Positions 36,793 to 46,997 of a DNA stretch of 61,734 nucleotides are shown here, piece after piece. The number at the start of each line of letters is the position of its first letter. Positions within the stretch are counted from its first letter, which is position 1. The translations under genes were made by a program, and so were the position numbers. The DNA is from a virus (lineage: Duplodnaviria > Caudoviricetes). The stretch spans positions 1-61,734 of IMG/VR virus record IMGVR_UViG_3300022074_000037; one strand, 5' to 3'. The notes beneath the pieces are model-generated. The model made no database searches, was not told the origin of the DNA, and worked only from the letters and a program-made list of their open reading frames with translations.

Positions 36793-37521
36793 TTAAAATA
36801 ATCGCCTCAAAACAGCTGGTATCTGAGTTTGTACTTGTTTGATAACAGCGTCTTTCAATATATCTTGAAGTGTAGACTCAAGATTTGCCTTTTGTGGTTC
36901 GGTTGCAATATTTCTCCAATAACGATACGCAAACGAAACACTACACTTATTTATCGTGTTACTTGATGCATGACCAAATGGTATTGCATCAATAGTTTTA
37001 GGGAACGCCTCTTCAAGACGGACACCCATTGTTCTCTCATCTTTTTCGTTGAGTGCATAAATCTCAACTGCACCAACATACTCTTTATAATAGTTGATGT
37101 TATATGTGTCTGGATTGTATGTGACCTTCTGCCATTCCTCAAAGAAATATCTTTCGGCCATGTCAGACCCCATGTAGAATGTTGCGGCAACCTCTGCAAA
37201 TGTTTGACCCTGTACCATCTCATGTGGTGGGCCATAAATGTTACCATTCATTTGAGTACGAAGGTTTCTGCCTGGCATGGAAATACTGTCACAACGAAAC
37301 GAAATACGTCTTGCAGTTTCACCATGTAGTTGTGATAACAAGTTACCAGATTGTGCAGAATCACCTGCCTCTGGATTGTTACTACCAGACGGTAAACCAA
37401 TCACCACCTCATAACGATTTGCCTTTGAATATCCATCTCTGGATGCATTGTGTGAAAGGATTGCATTCAACCCACCAAACACTGCACCACCAAGGACATT
37501 ACCAAAATTGAATTTTGCCAT
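36793..37521 (-). CDS. tail tube initiator / tube-like protein (gp54/gp19 family)
   Basis: NRYEV...C.SISMPG, FFEEW, YY.EYVG, FPK, V.FAYRYW. Confidence 0.65.
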   Translation of the reverse strand: MAKFNFGNVLGGAVFGGLNAILSHNASRDGYSKANRYEVVIGLPSGSNNPEAGDSAQSGNLLSQLHGETARRISFRCDSISMPGRNLRTQMNGNIYGPPHEMVQGQTFAEVAATFYMGSDMAERYFFEEWQKVTYNPDTYNINYYKEYVGAVEIYALNEKDERTMGVRLEEAFPKTIDAIPFGHASSNTINKCSVSFAYRYWRNIATEPQKANLESTLQDILKDAVIKQVQTQIPAVLRRLF

Positions 37522-38042
37522 TAAATCATCTTCCTAGAATCTGACCATACTTCAGTCGCAGACGCTTTCTTAAACCGTTGTACTGGTAACATAATTGCAG
37601 TAAGGTTGTCATCATCTGGTATCTTGCGAAAGGCCGACTTTGTAAACCCATACAAATATCTTTTCAGACATGGACGAGTCAATCGGTTATTTTCAATCGC
37701 ACTGATACTTAGATTATCACCACCAGCCGCATCAAGTAATCTCGCTCTTAATGCATATGGTAGATAGTGAAAGTTAAGACCAAGGAAACCATTACTATAT
37801 CTTTTCAATGGTAGTACCAATGGGAACGTGTCATAGTATGGTAGTTTATTTCTCAACTTAGGAGAATACACAAACATATTCAATGAACCAAACGCAGGCG
37901 TTCTATTTAAATCACCACTACGCAACAGTTCAGGCACACTAGGTGTACCCAATTCCTTAATACGATTTCGATACCATTTAAACGGTTCGTTGCCCGTCTT
38001 TATCTGTTTCGATATCCTGTCAAAGTAACTTTCTTCTGCCAT
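37521..38042 (-). CDS. gp2: DNA end protector gp2
   Basis: LPYYDTFPLV, FLGLNFHYLP, C.KRYL, VWSDS. Confidence 0.88.
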   Translation of the reverse strand: MAEESYFDRISKQIKTGNEPFKWYRNRIKELGTPSVPELLRSGDLNRTPAFGSLNMFVYSPKLRNKLPYYDTFPLVLPLKRYSNGFLGLNFHYLPYALRARLLDAAGGDNLSISAIENNRLTRPCLKRYLYGFTKSAFRKIPDDDNLTAIMLPVQRFKKASATEVWSDSRKMI

Positions 38043-38050
38043 ACTTCTAT

Positions 38051-38485
38051 TTATATCATCAATTCAACTTCTGTGAGGATGATAAACTCCATATTCCTGT
38101 CCTTACACCACTCTGTCGCATTCATCCACTTGGCCTCATTGATTGCATATGTACGCACCTCATTGATGTATTTCTTGGTTTTGCGTTTTGGTGTTTTAGG
38201 GGGTTTTGTTTGCACTTTCGGTTTGACTTCTACTACCCACTTCTTGACTTTGTTTTCTTTGGTTTTGACCTTTACATAGAAGTCTGGAAAGTAACGGTGT
38301 ATCTTACCATCAATGGGTGAACGATATGGAATGAAAAACTCTTCAGAACCCCATTCTATAATTCTGTCATTCATGTCACAATAAACCATGAACTTTCGCT
38401 CCCACAAACTACGATAAATAATATTAGATGGGTCGCCTTTATACTTTTTGGGGTTGGATGGACTATATCTTCCACGGTATGCCAT
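38051..38485 (-). CDS. gp4: head completion nuclease gp4
   Basis: NPKKYKGD..NI.YRSLWERKFM, YFPDF, VEVKP, NEAKW; late promoter 38518-38525 on minus strand. Confidence 0.92.
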   Translation of the reverse strand: MAYRGRYSPSNPKKYKGDPSNIIYRSLWERKFMVYCDMNDRIIEWGSEEFFIPYRSPIDGKIHRYFPDFYVKVKTKENKVKKWVVEVKPKVQTKPPKTPKRKTKKYINEVRTYAINEAKWMNATEWCKDRNMEFIILTEVELMI

Positions 38486-38528
38486 GATGTTACACCTAAA
38501 TAAATAATATACAAGGATATTTATAACG

Positions 38529-39587
38529 ATGCGTGGATTCTTAAACGAAATCAAAAATGTTGCAATTAACAGGGCAACGAACAGAATTAACAATGCACTG
38601 GGCGGTTTAGTCAGTCCTTTGGGAAGAGGTATTCCCAATAACATTGGTGGTACATTTCAAACGAATGTGTACAACACCCTTGCAAACAATCCCTTCAAAG
38701 GTGAAACCGTCATCTACCCAGAAGACTTAGGGTCAAATGACCAAGGCCACTATGTGCAGTTTTACATCAACGAACAACAAAATGCACAGGTGAACTTCCA
38801 AGGTAAAAGTCCAACATTTGCACCAAGTGGTGAACAGTTAAGTGGTGGTACATCAACTGCATCAATCAAACGTGCGCCCACCAAAAGATTGCAAAGTTCA
38901 ATTTGTATGTATATGCCCGCAACGGTTAGTGCATCACAGAACTCAAAGTATGGTGAAGTAGAAATTGGCGCCGCAGTTGCGACTGCACTTGCAGCGTATA
39001 AAGGATACCAAGATGGTACAGGTTTCTTTGGTACAATGGAATCTGTTTTTGCAAACGCATCACCAACAATGAAAGAGAATTTGGCCGAGGCAGGTAAGAA
39101 GGCACTTGACATTGCAGCGCCAGGCGCCAAGGCGGCGATTGACATTGCGAGAGGTAAGGTTACAAACAACCGTATGGAGATGGTATTTGAGGGTGTTGAT
39201 AGAAGGTCATTCAGTTTCAGTTTCAAGATGATGCCCAAGTCAGAGGCAGAGGCGATTGCAGTCGATAAGATTGTCAATATGTTTAGGTTCTACATGGCAC
39301 CATCATTTGACAGTGCGGCCACTCAATCCAGAACATTCATCGTACCAGCAACATTTGATATTGAGTATTATTACAACCCTGGCAAGAGAAACAAATTCTT
39401 GAACAGGATTTCAACTTGTGTTCTTGAATCATGTAACGTCACATATGGTGGAGAACGTACACAGTTCTTCAGACCAACAAGTGGTGGTGTACATGGTGAT
39501 GGTGCTCCCCCTGTTGAAACTTCTATTGAGTTGTCATTCAAAGAACTGGAAGTTATCACCAGAGAAAAAATTGCAGAGGGTTTCTAA
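38529..39587 (+). CDS. gp48: baseplate tail tube cap gp48
   Basis: YP.DL, I.MYMP, F.GV.RR.FSF.FKM.PKS..EA, CVL..C.V.Y. Confidence 0.85.
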   Translation: MRGFLNEIKNVAINRATNRINNALGGLVSPLGRGIPNNIGGTFQTNVYNTLANNPFKGETVIYPEDLGSNDQGHYVQFYINEQQNAQVNFQGKSPTFAPSGEQLSGGTSTASIKRAPTKRLQSSICMYMPATVSASQNSKYGEVEIGAAVATALAAYKGYQDGTGFFGTMESVFANASPTMKENLAEAGKKALDIAAPGAKAAIDIARGKVTNNRMEMVFEGVDRRSFSFSFKMMPKSEAEAIAVDKIVNMFRFYMAPSFDSAATQSRTFIVPATFDIEYYYNPGKRNKFLNRISTCVLESCNVTYGGERTQFFRPTSGGVHGDGAPPVETSIELSFKELEVITREKIAEGF

Positions 39588-40115
39588 ATGTCATATTTTT
39601 CTATGTTCCCAGAGATTGTTTACGATGCAAAAGGTAATAACAAGTATACACTGATGAAAGACATCTTTCGCAGAGTGAAGATTAGTTCATCTGCAAGGAA
39701 CGCCGTCATGGAGTATGATTACTATGATGTACAGGATGGAGAGGCACCAGAAATTATTGCATACAAGTATTATGGTGATGCAGAGTTACACTGGACTATT
39801 CTAGTTGCAAACAACATTGTAGATTACTATCACGATTGGCCCATGTCATCACAGACATTTGAACAGTATATGAAAGAGAAGTACACGAACCCAGACGCAA
39901 TCCATCATTACGAAATCGAACAAACATCTGGTGACACAACTGAGGTGATTGATGTAGGAATGAATACTACAGACTATCCATCTGCGACACCGATTTCTAA
40001 CTACACATACGAGACAAGAATCCAAGATGTGAAACGACAAATCAGATTGATACAACCGCAATATATTGAAGACTTTGTAGACGAATTTGAGACAAAACTT
40101 AAAGAAGGTGATTAA
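39588..40115 (+). CDS. gp53: baseplate wedge gp53
   Basis: YFS.FP, DGE.PE.IA.KYYG...HW.IL..N, WPM. Confidence 0.9.
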   Translation: MSYFSMFPEIVYDAKGNNKYTLMKDIFRRVKISSSARNAVMEYDYYDVQDGEAPEIIAYKYYGDAELHWTILVANNIVDYYHDWPMSSQTFEQYMKEKYTNPDAIHHYEIEQTSGDTTEVIDVGMNTTDYPSATPISNYTYETRIQDVKRQIRLIQPQYIEDFVDEFETKLKEGD

Positions 40116-40117
40116 AC

Positions 40118-41497
40118 ATGGCTAGAGGTGACTTGCAATTTGCGGGCGAATTTCTGGTTCAACGTGCAGAGTTATTAACTGCATCTGGTACAACATATGA
40201 TATCAGACAGTTGATTCAATCCATCAACATATACGAAGACATTTTCTCAACCGCAGTCAGTGGAGATATTGTTCTGAAAGATACCAACAACATGGTTGCA
40301 AACGGCCCAATTGTTGGTGAAGAACGTCTGTTACTAAAAATCCACACACCACAAGCGAATCCAAATGAAGATTCAGTAATCGACTATACAGACACACCGT
40401 TGATACTGTATCGTGTAAACCTTGTGACAGGTGAGGGTGAGAATGCATTGTTGTATTCACTAAACTTCACAACACAAGAGGCCATTCGCAATCAAACATC
40501 AAGAGTTTCACAATCATACAGAGGTCAACCGTCTGAGATTGTAGAGAAGATTGTAAGAGATAAGAACTATCTGGACTCCACCAGAAGACTGTTCCTTGAG
40601 GAAACTGCAAACAATACAATGGTTCTGTTTCCAAACATCAAACCATTTATGGCCATCAATCATCTCAAGAAGATATCAAATTCAAAACAGTACAATCAAT
40701 CACCAGCGTGGTTGTTCTATGAAACCTGTAAGGGGTTTCACTTCAGAACATTAGACGGTCTTGCAAGTCAAGAAACCAAATGGGAGTTTGAAGAGAACAT
40801 ACCGAATACGTTAGATGAAAAAGGTGTGATTAGTGCAGAAAAAAATCTACATACGATGAATAGTTTCTCGATTCAACCGACAAGAGATACTATATATAAT
40901 ATGAGTGAAGGTCTTTACTCATCAAAGTTAAGAGTGCATGATTTGTACAACAAATCAGTCAAAGATTATGATTACAATTATTTGGACAGTTTTGCAAATG
41001 ATATCCACACAGAAACTAATGGTTCACCAATTGTTTCAGACTCAATCGACAGTTCTACAGGTAAACGCCTGAGTGACCATTCGGACACTAAACTATTTGT
41101 TTCGACAACAAGTAGTGGAAAACATTTTTACGAAACTCAAGACTATCCATACCAAAGTGACAACTTAGAGAATACACTACAACGAGGTAAATCTAGAGTG
41201 CAACAGTTTGAAAAGGGTGTCAAAGTACAAGTCCAAGCGCCAGGCCAAACTTACATACAGGCTGGTGACATCATCCAACTCAAAGTTGGACAGACATCTG
41301 CAACGTCAACTGGTAAGTATGATATGCAACACTCTGGAAGATACGTTCTCACTGCACTTAGACATCAATTCAACCTCACTGGTGACCCCAGACATACAAT
41401 CTATATGGAGGCAACCAAGGATAGTCTAATCGAACAATTACCATCAAGTGGCGCCCAGTACTCTAACAATGGGTCGGCCCAAACAGTAACCACATAG
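40118..41497 (+). CDS. baseplate hub protein (gp27-like by position)
   Basis: INIYEDIF..VSG, FYE...GFHF, SGRY.LT.LRH; follows gp53. Confidence 0.6.
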   Translation: MARGDLQFAGEFLVQRAELLTASGTTYDIRQLIQSINIYEDIFSTAVSGDIVLKDTNNMVANGPIVGEERLLLKIHTPQANPNEDSVIDYTDTPLILYRVNLVTGEGENALLYSLNFTTQEAIRNQTSRVSQSYRGQPSEIVEKIVRDKNYLDSTRRLFLEETANNTMVLFPNIKPFMAINHLKKISNSKQYNQSPAWLFYETCKGFHFRTLDGLASQETKWEFEENIPNTLDEKGVISAEKNLHTMNSFSIQPTRDTIYNMSEGLYSSKLRVHDLYNKSVKDYDYNYLDSFANDIHTETNGSPIVSDSIDSSTGKRLSDHSDTKLFVSTTSSGKHFYETQDYPYQSDNLENTLQRGKSRVQQFEKGVKVQVQAPGQTYIQAGDIIQLKVGQTSATSTGKYDMQHSGRYVLTALRHQFNLTGDPRHTIYMEATKDSLIEQLPSSGAQYSNNGSAQTVTT

Positions 41498-41564
41498 GAG
41501 GCAAGTCATAACAACTCAAGAAATCTTTGTCATGATAGTTAAATCACATAGAGAAGGAATTCAC

Positions 41565-41741
41565 ATGAAAGCGAAACAAAAACAGAAACTAAAAAAGTTC
41601 ACCAATTTGCAGAGACAATCAAGGGAGTTAGAACCTATGAACCCAGAGGAACATAAATACATTAAAGAGTTGTTAGAGAAAGTAGACCATGAAAACATTT
41701 CAAGACTTACAAGAGGGAGTTTACGACCCCAATATATTTAA
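41565..41741 (+). CDS. small basic hypothetical protein
   Basis: AAGGA RBS. Confidence 0.5.
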   Translation: MKAKQKQKLKKFTNLQRQSRELEPMNPEEHKYIKELLEKVDHENISRLTRGSLRPQYI

Positions 41742-42357
41742 AGCCATATTCATGGCAGGTGGGCCTGGCAGTGGTAAGTCTTATGTTGCAAGACGAACCA
41801 CTGGTGGGATGGGTATGAAGATGGTCAACAGCGATGACATCTATGAAAAGATGTTGAATGACGCTGGACTAGATACCACACCAGAAGACATTTATTCAGA
41901 CCAAGGACAAGAGATTCGTGGACGAGCGAAAGGTGTTACCAAACGTATGCAAGGTAACTTCCTTGAAGGACGTTTAGGACTCATCATTGACGGTACAGGT
42001 AAAGACTACGACAAGATTGCAAAACAGGTACAAGGCCTGAGAGCTCTTGGTTACGAATGTTACATGATATTTGTCAATACATCACTTGATACTGCACAGG
42101 AACAGAATGCAAAACGCAAACGTACACTTCCAGAGAAGGAAGTTACTACAATGTGGAATGCGGTGCAAAACAACATTGGTAAATTCCAGAGATTATTCGG
42201 TGGTAAGAACTTCATCATTGTCGATAATAACATGGCTGGTGAAGACGTATTTGAAAAGGTCTGGAAAAGATGTATGTTACTGATTCGCAAAAAGGTCACG
42301 AATCGCATCGCAAAAGCGTGGATTGCGAAGGAACTCGCAAAGAAAAACAGAAATTAA
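41689..42357 (+). CDS. P-loop kinase (zeta-toxin/AAA_33-like)
   Basis: GGPGSGKS Walker A, VNSDD, IIDGTG; N-terminus MKTFQDLQE. Confidence 0.8.
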   Translation: MKTFQDLQEGVYDPNIFKAIFMAGGPGSGKSYVARRTTGGMGMKMVNSDDIYEKMLNDAGLDTTPEDIYSDQGQEIRGRAKGVTKRMQGNFLEGRLGLIIDGTGKDYDKIAKQVQGLRALGYECYMIFVNTSLDTAQEQNAKRKRTLPEKEVTTMWNAVQNNIGKFQRLFGGKNFIIVDNNMAGEDVFEKVWKRCMLLIRKKVTNRIAKAWIAKELAKKNRN

Positions 42358-42431
42358 TTTAGAAACCCTTGATTTACAAGGGTTTTTTTCTTTATAAACC
42401 TCTTGACATTGTTCTCATAACATGATAGCAT
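42281..42431 (+). promoter_or_regulatory. modular early promoter 4
   Basis: TGATTCG 42281, CGAATCG 42299; AAACCCTTGATTTACAAGGG-T7; TTGACA(42403)-17-TAGCAT with TGTTCTCATAACA. Confidence 0.85.
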
Positions 42432-42464
42432 AACTATAGAAACTGAGAGAAGAGGTTCTATATT

Positions 42465-43115
42465 ATGTACAACAGTTCAACAGATGCCTACCAAGCGGCT
42501 GCAAAAATCATGTCTCATGATTATGCAAACAAGTACGCTAATTACTGGTCAAAGAAAAACAAGGTAATTAAAACAGGTAAGGCCAACTTCAAAGATGCCG
42601 GTCGTCAAAAGACCTACAATGCAGAATTCGCTGCCATTGCAGAGTATCGAAACAAATATCCCAATGACGTAAAATTCAAACGATTGAACTGGAAACAGTC
42701 AGAACGATATTTCAAGAAGATTGCAAAGTCTAAAACATATCAGGCATTGTGCAAGAAAGAGGATGCGTCACGTTATGGTCGATTAGACCCACAACTTGAA
42801 CTTGCACACTTTCGTGGACGCACCGCTGGACAGGCGACTTGGTATGGTACAATGCGTCTTCAAGAGAACAACTGTCCTTACACAATCATTCATGAGTTCG
42901 CACACTTGTGTGGGAATATGCATCATGACATTGGATTCCGTAGGGATGTAATCAAACTGTCTTCACGGTTCTTAGGAACTGAGTTTGCAAAAATGTTAAA
43001 AGGTCAGTTTAAGAAGGCCAAACTGAAAGTTACCGTATCGCAACACATTATGACACCAGAGAAGTGGATTGAGAGTGTGATGCGTATGGAGAAAATACGA
43101 GAAGGAAATATATGA
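42465..43115 (+). CDS. early protein with HExxH metallopeptidase motif
   Basis: IIHEFAH.....HH...F. Confidence 0.7.
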   Translation: MYNSSTDAYQAAAKIMSHDYANKYANYWSKKNKVIKTGKANFKDAGRQKTYNAEFAAIAEYRNKYPNDVKFKRLNWKQSERYFKKIAKSKTYQALCKKEDASRYGRLDPQLELAHFRGRTAGQATWYGTMRLQENNCPYTIIHEFAHLCGNMHHDIGFRRDVIKLSSRFLGTEFAKMLKGQFKKAKLKVTVSQHIMTPEKWIESVMRMEKIREGNI

Positions 43116-43621
43116 TGAAAATATACTTGGATATGGATGGTGTACTTGCAGACTTCTTTACAGGGTTTGCAAATCACTTTGGAAAAGACCACTGGAAACA
43201 AATCCAGAATAAAGAGAAGTCGATACAGGAACTACAAGGTACTGACTTCTTCAATACACTTGATACCTATCCATCAACAATGGAGTTAGTCAACTTTGTA
43301 CAGACTCTTGTTGGTGATGACGATTGGGGTATCTGTTCTTCACCACTGAGAGGTGATAGAGACAACTCTGCATATTGGAAGAGAGTTTGGTTAACCAGAC
43401 ACTTCATCTTGCCGAAGATAGAGAACCTTATCTTTACTGGTCAGAAAGAAAGATATGCAATGGACAAGATTGATGGAAAACCAAATGTCTTGATTGATGA
43501 CAAACCAGACAACGTAGGACGATGGATTGCGAAGGGTGGTATTGGAATCAGATATCAGGCCAATGAGGATAGTCTTGTAGACCTCAAACAAAAGTTGATA
43601 AAAGCCGTAGAAAGTTCTTGA
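43112..43621 (+). CDS. HAD-family 5'(3')-deoxyribonucleotidase
   Basis: DMDGVLADF, K..WL, LIDD. Confidence 0.85.
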   Translation: MMKIYLDMDGVLADFFTGFANHFGKDHWKQIQNKEKSIQELQGTDFFNTLDTYPSTMELVNFVQTLVGDDDWGICSSPLRGDRDNSAYWKRVWLTRHFILPKIENLIFTGQKERYAMDKIDGKPNVLIDDKPDNVGRWIAKGGIGIRYQANEDSLVDLKQKLIKAVESS

Positions 43622-43646
43622 CTTTTGTTGTGATAACAGGTATACT
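43618..43646 (+). promoter_or_regulatory. early promoter 5 with spacer palindrome
   Basis: TTGACT-17-TATACT; TGTTGTGATAACA. Confidence 0.8.
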
Positions 43647-43673
43647 ATGTATAGATAATAGAGGAGTGATTCG

Positions 43674-44099
43674 ATGGAATATGTGATGGAAAAAGAACTT
43701 GTGGACGTTATCAATACTCAACGTGCAGAGGCGATTGAGTTTTCTAAACAACCCAACTGTTGGATGGGTATGTATGTTGAACCCTCTGATACCAAGTATT
43801 GGTCAGAGCGTGTACCTTCTGGTACACTAAAGGAGTTCAACCGCATCAATCTTGAAGAGGATGCATACTACGCTGTTGCAGACGCATACAGTAAATCGTA
43901 TGCTCGTTCTTTTGATTTTGCATCTATGACAGATGCAGAGGTTGAGGAAATCTTTGACGATGCCTGTGCGTCAATGGAACGTGAACGCAAGTGGGAAGAA
44001 CAAATGAAAAAGGAAGCGATTGAGGAAGAGACAAATCTTGCGAAGTCGCTAGGGATTGATGTTCCCACACTACAACGGTGGATACAGGAGGCAGCGTAA
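43674..44099 (+). CDS. early hypothetical protein
   Basis: GAGGAG RBS; ends EAA. Confidence 0.75.
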   Translation: MEYVMEKELVDVINTQRAEAIEFSKQPNCWMGMYVEPSDTKYWSERVPSGTLKEFNRINLEEDAYYAVADAYSKSYARSFDFASMTDAEVEEIFDDACASMERERKWEEQMKKEAIEEETNLAKSLGIDVPTLQRWIQEAA

Positions 44100-44365
44100 T
44101 GGAAAACTTTAGTGATTTAAAATTTCATAAGTTCATGGATGGTATCGCCGCCAGTGTAACGTATGGTGAATACGAACTGTCGGTTGTACAACACTCTAGT
44201 TCTTATGGTGGTAATGGTGGTCTGTATGAGATTGCAGTGTTCAAGGGTCATGAAATGTTAGAGATGCCTGGCATCACTGAAGATGGTGACACCGTAAAAG
44301 GTTGGTTGACAGAAGACGCAGTCACAGGAATCATGAAGAAGATGATTGCAATTGGAGGCCCGTAG
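44099..44365 (+). CDS. early hypothetical protein
   Basis: SVV...SYG...GLYEIAV...DTVKGWL. Confidence 0.7.
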   Translation: MENFSDLKFHKFMDGIAASVTYGEYELSVVQHSSSYGGNGGLYEIAVFKGHEMLEMPGITEDGDTVKGWLTEDAVTGIMKKMIAIGGP

Positions 44366-44367
44366 TA

Positions 44368-44658
44368 ATGTTGTTTGCAAAGTGGCGTGATTGGACACCA
44401 GAGGATTGTTACAAGGGATATGAACTTGGACTTCAAGAACATGAGTATGATGACAATCTCAAGTGGGATTGGACAATCTACAAGTTTGTAGAAGAACGGT
44501 CTTATGATGGCCGCCCTCTTGCACGAAAGGTATTCACTCAACAGATGTACGAAGAAGTGTGCAGTTTGGATGTGTCACCTTATGAACGAAACAGGGGTAC
44601 AATTCGTGATTTGTTTCAAAAACAAGTTACAAAACTACTTGACAATGACAGTGAATGA
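44368..44658 (+). CDS. hypothetical protein
   Basis: GGAGG RBS before ATG 44368. Confidence 0.65.
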   Translation: MLFAKWRDWTPEDCYKGYELGLQEHEYDDNLKWDWTIYKFVEERSYDGRPLARKVFTQQMYEEVCSLDVSPYERNRGTIRDLFQKQVTKLLDNDSE

Positions 44659-44703
44659 TGGTATTATAAGAAGTAAAATGAGTGAGAAAGGTTTGGTTAT
44701 GTG

Positions 44704-44847
44704 ATGGATTACGACACACTAGAAGAAGCGGTTGCGGCCGCCAAGGAAATGGTTGTCGATTTGGAAACGATTGTGAAGATTACTATTGAAACGAATGGTA
44801 AGTATCAGTTGTTTGGAACTGGTAAGGTTGTACAGGTTGTAGAATGA
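44704..44847 (+). CDS. small hypothetical protein (47 aa)
   Basis: Downstream of TTGACA(44639)-17-TATTAT. Confidence 0.55.
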   Translation: MDYDTLEEAVAAAKEMVVDLETIVKITIETNGKYQLFGTGKVVQVVE

Positions 44848-44999
44848 CCAATTATGATTTATTATGTTTGCGTATATCTAAGGTAGAAAGACACCTAGAG
44901 AAGATGCAAGATTGGGGTTGTACATCATGGGCAGTAAATTACTGGCAAGGTGTATTGAGTGCGTTATACACTCAGATACCCAAGGAGAAATTGAATTGA
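44844..44999 (+). CDS. small hypothetical protein (51 aa)
   Basis: ATGA and TGATG coupling. Confidence 0.55.
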   Translation: MTNYDLLCLRISKVERHLEKMQDWGCTSWAVNYWQGVLSALYTQIPKEKLN

Positions 45000-45283
45000 T
45001 GGAAAGGTTTCAGTTTGTAAAGGGTAGGAAATCACCCAAAGACCACATCATGTTATTCAATGGTGTTGCAGTCAAGTTTGAGGACGTTGCAAAGATGTGT
45101 CTCTTCTTCATGAAGAATGAAGATAATCTGTATCCACCAGAGAAGGGGTTCAAAGGGGCTACACTGTTCAAGGAATATATGTACGAAGTCTTAGAGACAC
45201 GACAGATTCCACAGGACAGGAAGTATGAAATCAAGAAAAACAAACTAACCAAAATAACAGAGGAAGGTGAAATCTATGAGTAA
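44999..45283 (+). CDS. hypothetical protein
   Basis: AAGGAG RBS before ATG 44999. Confidence 0.65.
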   Translation: MERFQFVKGRKSPKDHIMLFNGVAVKFEDVAKMCLFFMKNEDNLYPPEKGFKGATLFKEYMYEVLETRQIPQDRKYEIKKNKLTKITEEGEIYE

Positions 45284-45491
45284 TCAACGAGCCGGAAAAT
45301 GGAAATCTGCAACACTGCGTGATGGTGGTGGGATGCAACAGGTGAACTTCTTTAAGTATGCAAAGGAAGTACTTGAGAGTGAGGGTCATGAAGACGCCGC
45401 ATTCTATTTTGAACAAATTGAATCGTGGTTGCGTGAGGGTAAATCATTACCACAAGATTCACGTTCAATCGCACACGCATTGGGCGTATAG
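45276..45491 (+). CDS. hypothetical protein
   Basis: In operon. Confidence 0.65.
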   Translation: MSNQRAGKWKSATLRDGGGMQQVNFFKYAKEVLESEGHEDAAFYFEQIESWLREGKSLPQDSRSIAHALGV

Positions 45492-45506
45492 TAAAAGGAG
45501 TAAAAA

Positions 45507-45917
45507 ATGAAATATCTAATATATGGTATTGCCATTCTATTTGGATTGGTGATGGCAACAATTGCAAATGCAGAAACAACGAAAGACCATTTCAAGACAG
45601 TCTTTCATAAAACACCACACTATGTCGAGGTCTGTTATGACAAACGAGTTAGTGGAGACAAGACAGGCGATACACTGAAGGGTGCAATCCTTGGTGGTGT
45701 TATTGGTAACAATGTCGGTGACGTAGAAAATGGTGGCGCTATTGGTGCAATCATTGGGGGTATGTTAGGACACAACAATAGTAATGCATCTGGTGGTACT
45801 AAAACTATCTGTCAGACGGAGACTAGATATACAGAGGAGAAGAGAACAATCTATTCTCACTCTACAGTAACCTTCACACATGAGGGTAAATCATATACAT
45901 TGAGGTTTCAAAAATGA
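45507..45917 (+). CDS. glycine-zipper 2TM protein
   Basis: Signal peptide; GAILGGVIG...GAIIGGMLG. Confidence 0.8.
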   Translation: MKYLIYGIAILFGLVMATIANAETTKDHFKTVFHKTPHYVEVCYDKRVSGDKTGDTLKGAILGGVIGNNVGDVENGGAIGAIIGGMLGHNNSNASGGTKTICQTETRYTEEKRTIYSHSTVTFTHEGKSYTLRFQK

Positions 45918-46099
45918 CATATGAACCAGACACATTCATGTCTCAACCAGACGGTAAAATCGTCTACGAAGAGCATATTCGATATATCAAGGATGAAAAC
46001 GGTGTGTTGACCAAACACACAGTGACCAGACACTTCTATGGTGATGGTGACTATCAAGACGGTCAACATTCAACACCACTAAACGGCCCAGATTGGTAA
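45914..46099 (+). CDS. hypothetical protein
   Basis: ATGA coupling. Confidence 0.6.
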   Translation: MTYEPDTFMSQPDGKIVYEEHIRYIKDENGVLTKHTVTRHFYGDGDYQDGQHSTPLNGPDW

Positions 46100-46100
46100 T

Positions 46101-46997
46101 ATGATTCTTGCAGTACTGACATTACTGACGGCTCTTGCGATATCGGCAGTCGCCGCCTATTATAGTATCATCGGACTGATTGCAATTTTCAGTTCGGCCA
46201 TGATACCTATTGCAGTAATGGGAGTTGTTCTTGAAACAGGTAAGTTGGTGTCTGCCGCATGGGTATATCACCACTGGAAGAGAACACCAGTACTACTTAA
46301 AACCTATCTCATCAGTGCAGTTGTTGTATTGATGTTTATCACCTCAATGGGTATCTTTGGTTTTCTATCAAAGGCACATATCGAACAAACCACAGTCAAT
46401 TCAGACAACACACTTCAAATAGAACTAATCGAATCACAGATACAACGAGAGCGTGGTAGTATAGAACGTGCAGAGAACACTCTTGCACAGTTAGACGGTG
46501 CATTAGAGAAGTATGTAGAACTAGGTGCAGTCACTAAGGGATTAACCGCTCGTAAAGACCAAGAGGCAGAACGAAATGAACTCAACGCAACGATTAATGA
46601 ATCAACAGATGTTATCACGAGCCTCACGAAGGAGATGTCAGAACTCAACGCAGACAGAATTGCAATTGAAGCAGAAGTCGGCCCAATCAAGTATATCGCA
46701 GAACTTATCTACGGAGAAAGCTCGACAGGAGTACTTGAAGATGCAGTCAGAGGAGTCATCCTCATCATAGTATTTGTCTTTGACCCACTTGCAGTTCTTT
46801 TGTTGGTTGCGGCCAATCAGTCACTTGTGCAAGAGAATAGAAGACGTAAACAACGCAACAGTGCAAGACGTTCACGACAGAGAAGAAAACAGGAAACTGC
46901 ATGGGAAAAGAAGGTCAAGGAAACCAAAGAACAGGGTGTATTGACCAAGGTAACCAGAACCGCTGACAACGGTACAAAGATGGAGTTTTACGAATGA
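46101..46997 (+). CDS. multi-TM coiled-coil membrane protein
   Basis: 3 TM, coiled coil, EVGPIKY, FDPLA TM. Confidence 0.8.
   Translation: MILAVLTLLTALAISAVAAYYSIIGLIAIFSSAMIPIAVMGVVLETGKLVSAAWVYHHWKRTPVLLKTYLISAVVVLMFITSMGIFGFLSKAHIEQTTVNSDNTLQIELIESQIQRERGSIERAENTLAQLDGALEKYVELGAVTKGLTARKDQEAERNELNATINESTDVITSLTKEMSELNADRIAIEAEVGPIKYIAELIYGESSTGVLEDAVRGVILIIVFVFDPLAVLLLVAANQSLVQENRRRKQRNSARRSRQRRKQETAWEKKVKETKEQGVLTKVTRTADNGTKMEFYE

Noticed and set aside
38486-38644. Long N-terminal extension of gp4
   Set aside because: It overlaps gp48 on the opposite strand and lies upstream of the late promoter; the start is more likely ATG 38485
41689-42357. Zeta/epsilon toxin-antitoxin pair with 41565..41741
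   Set aside because: The upstream ORF is basic and not epsilon-like, and the Walker A context is generic; not enough support
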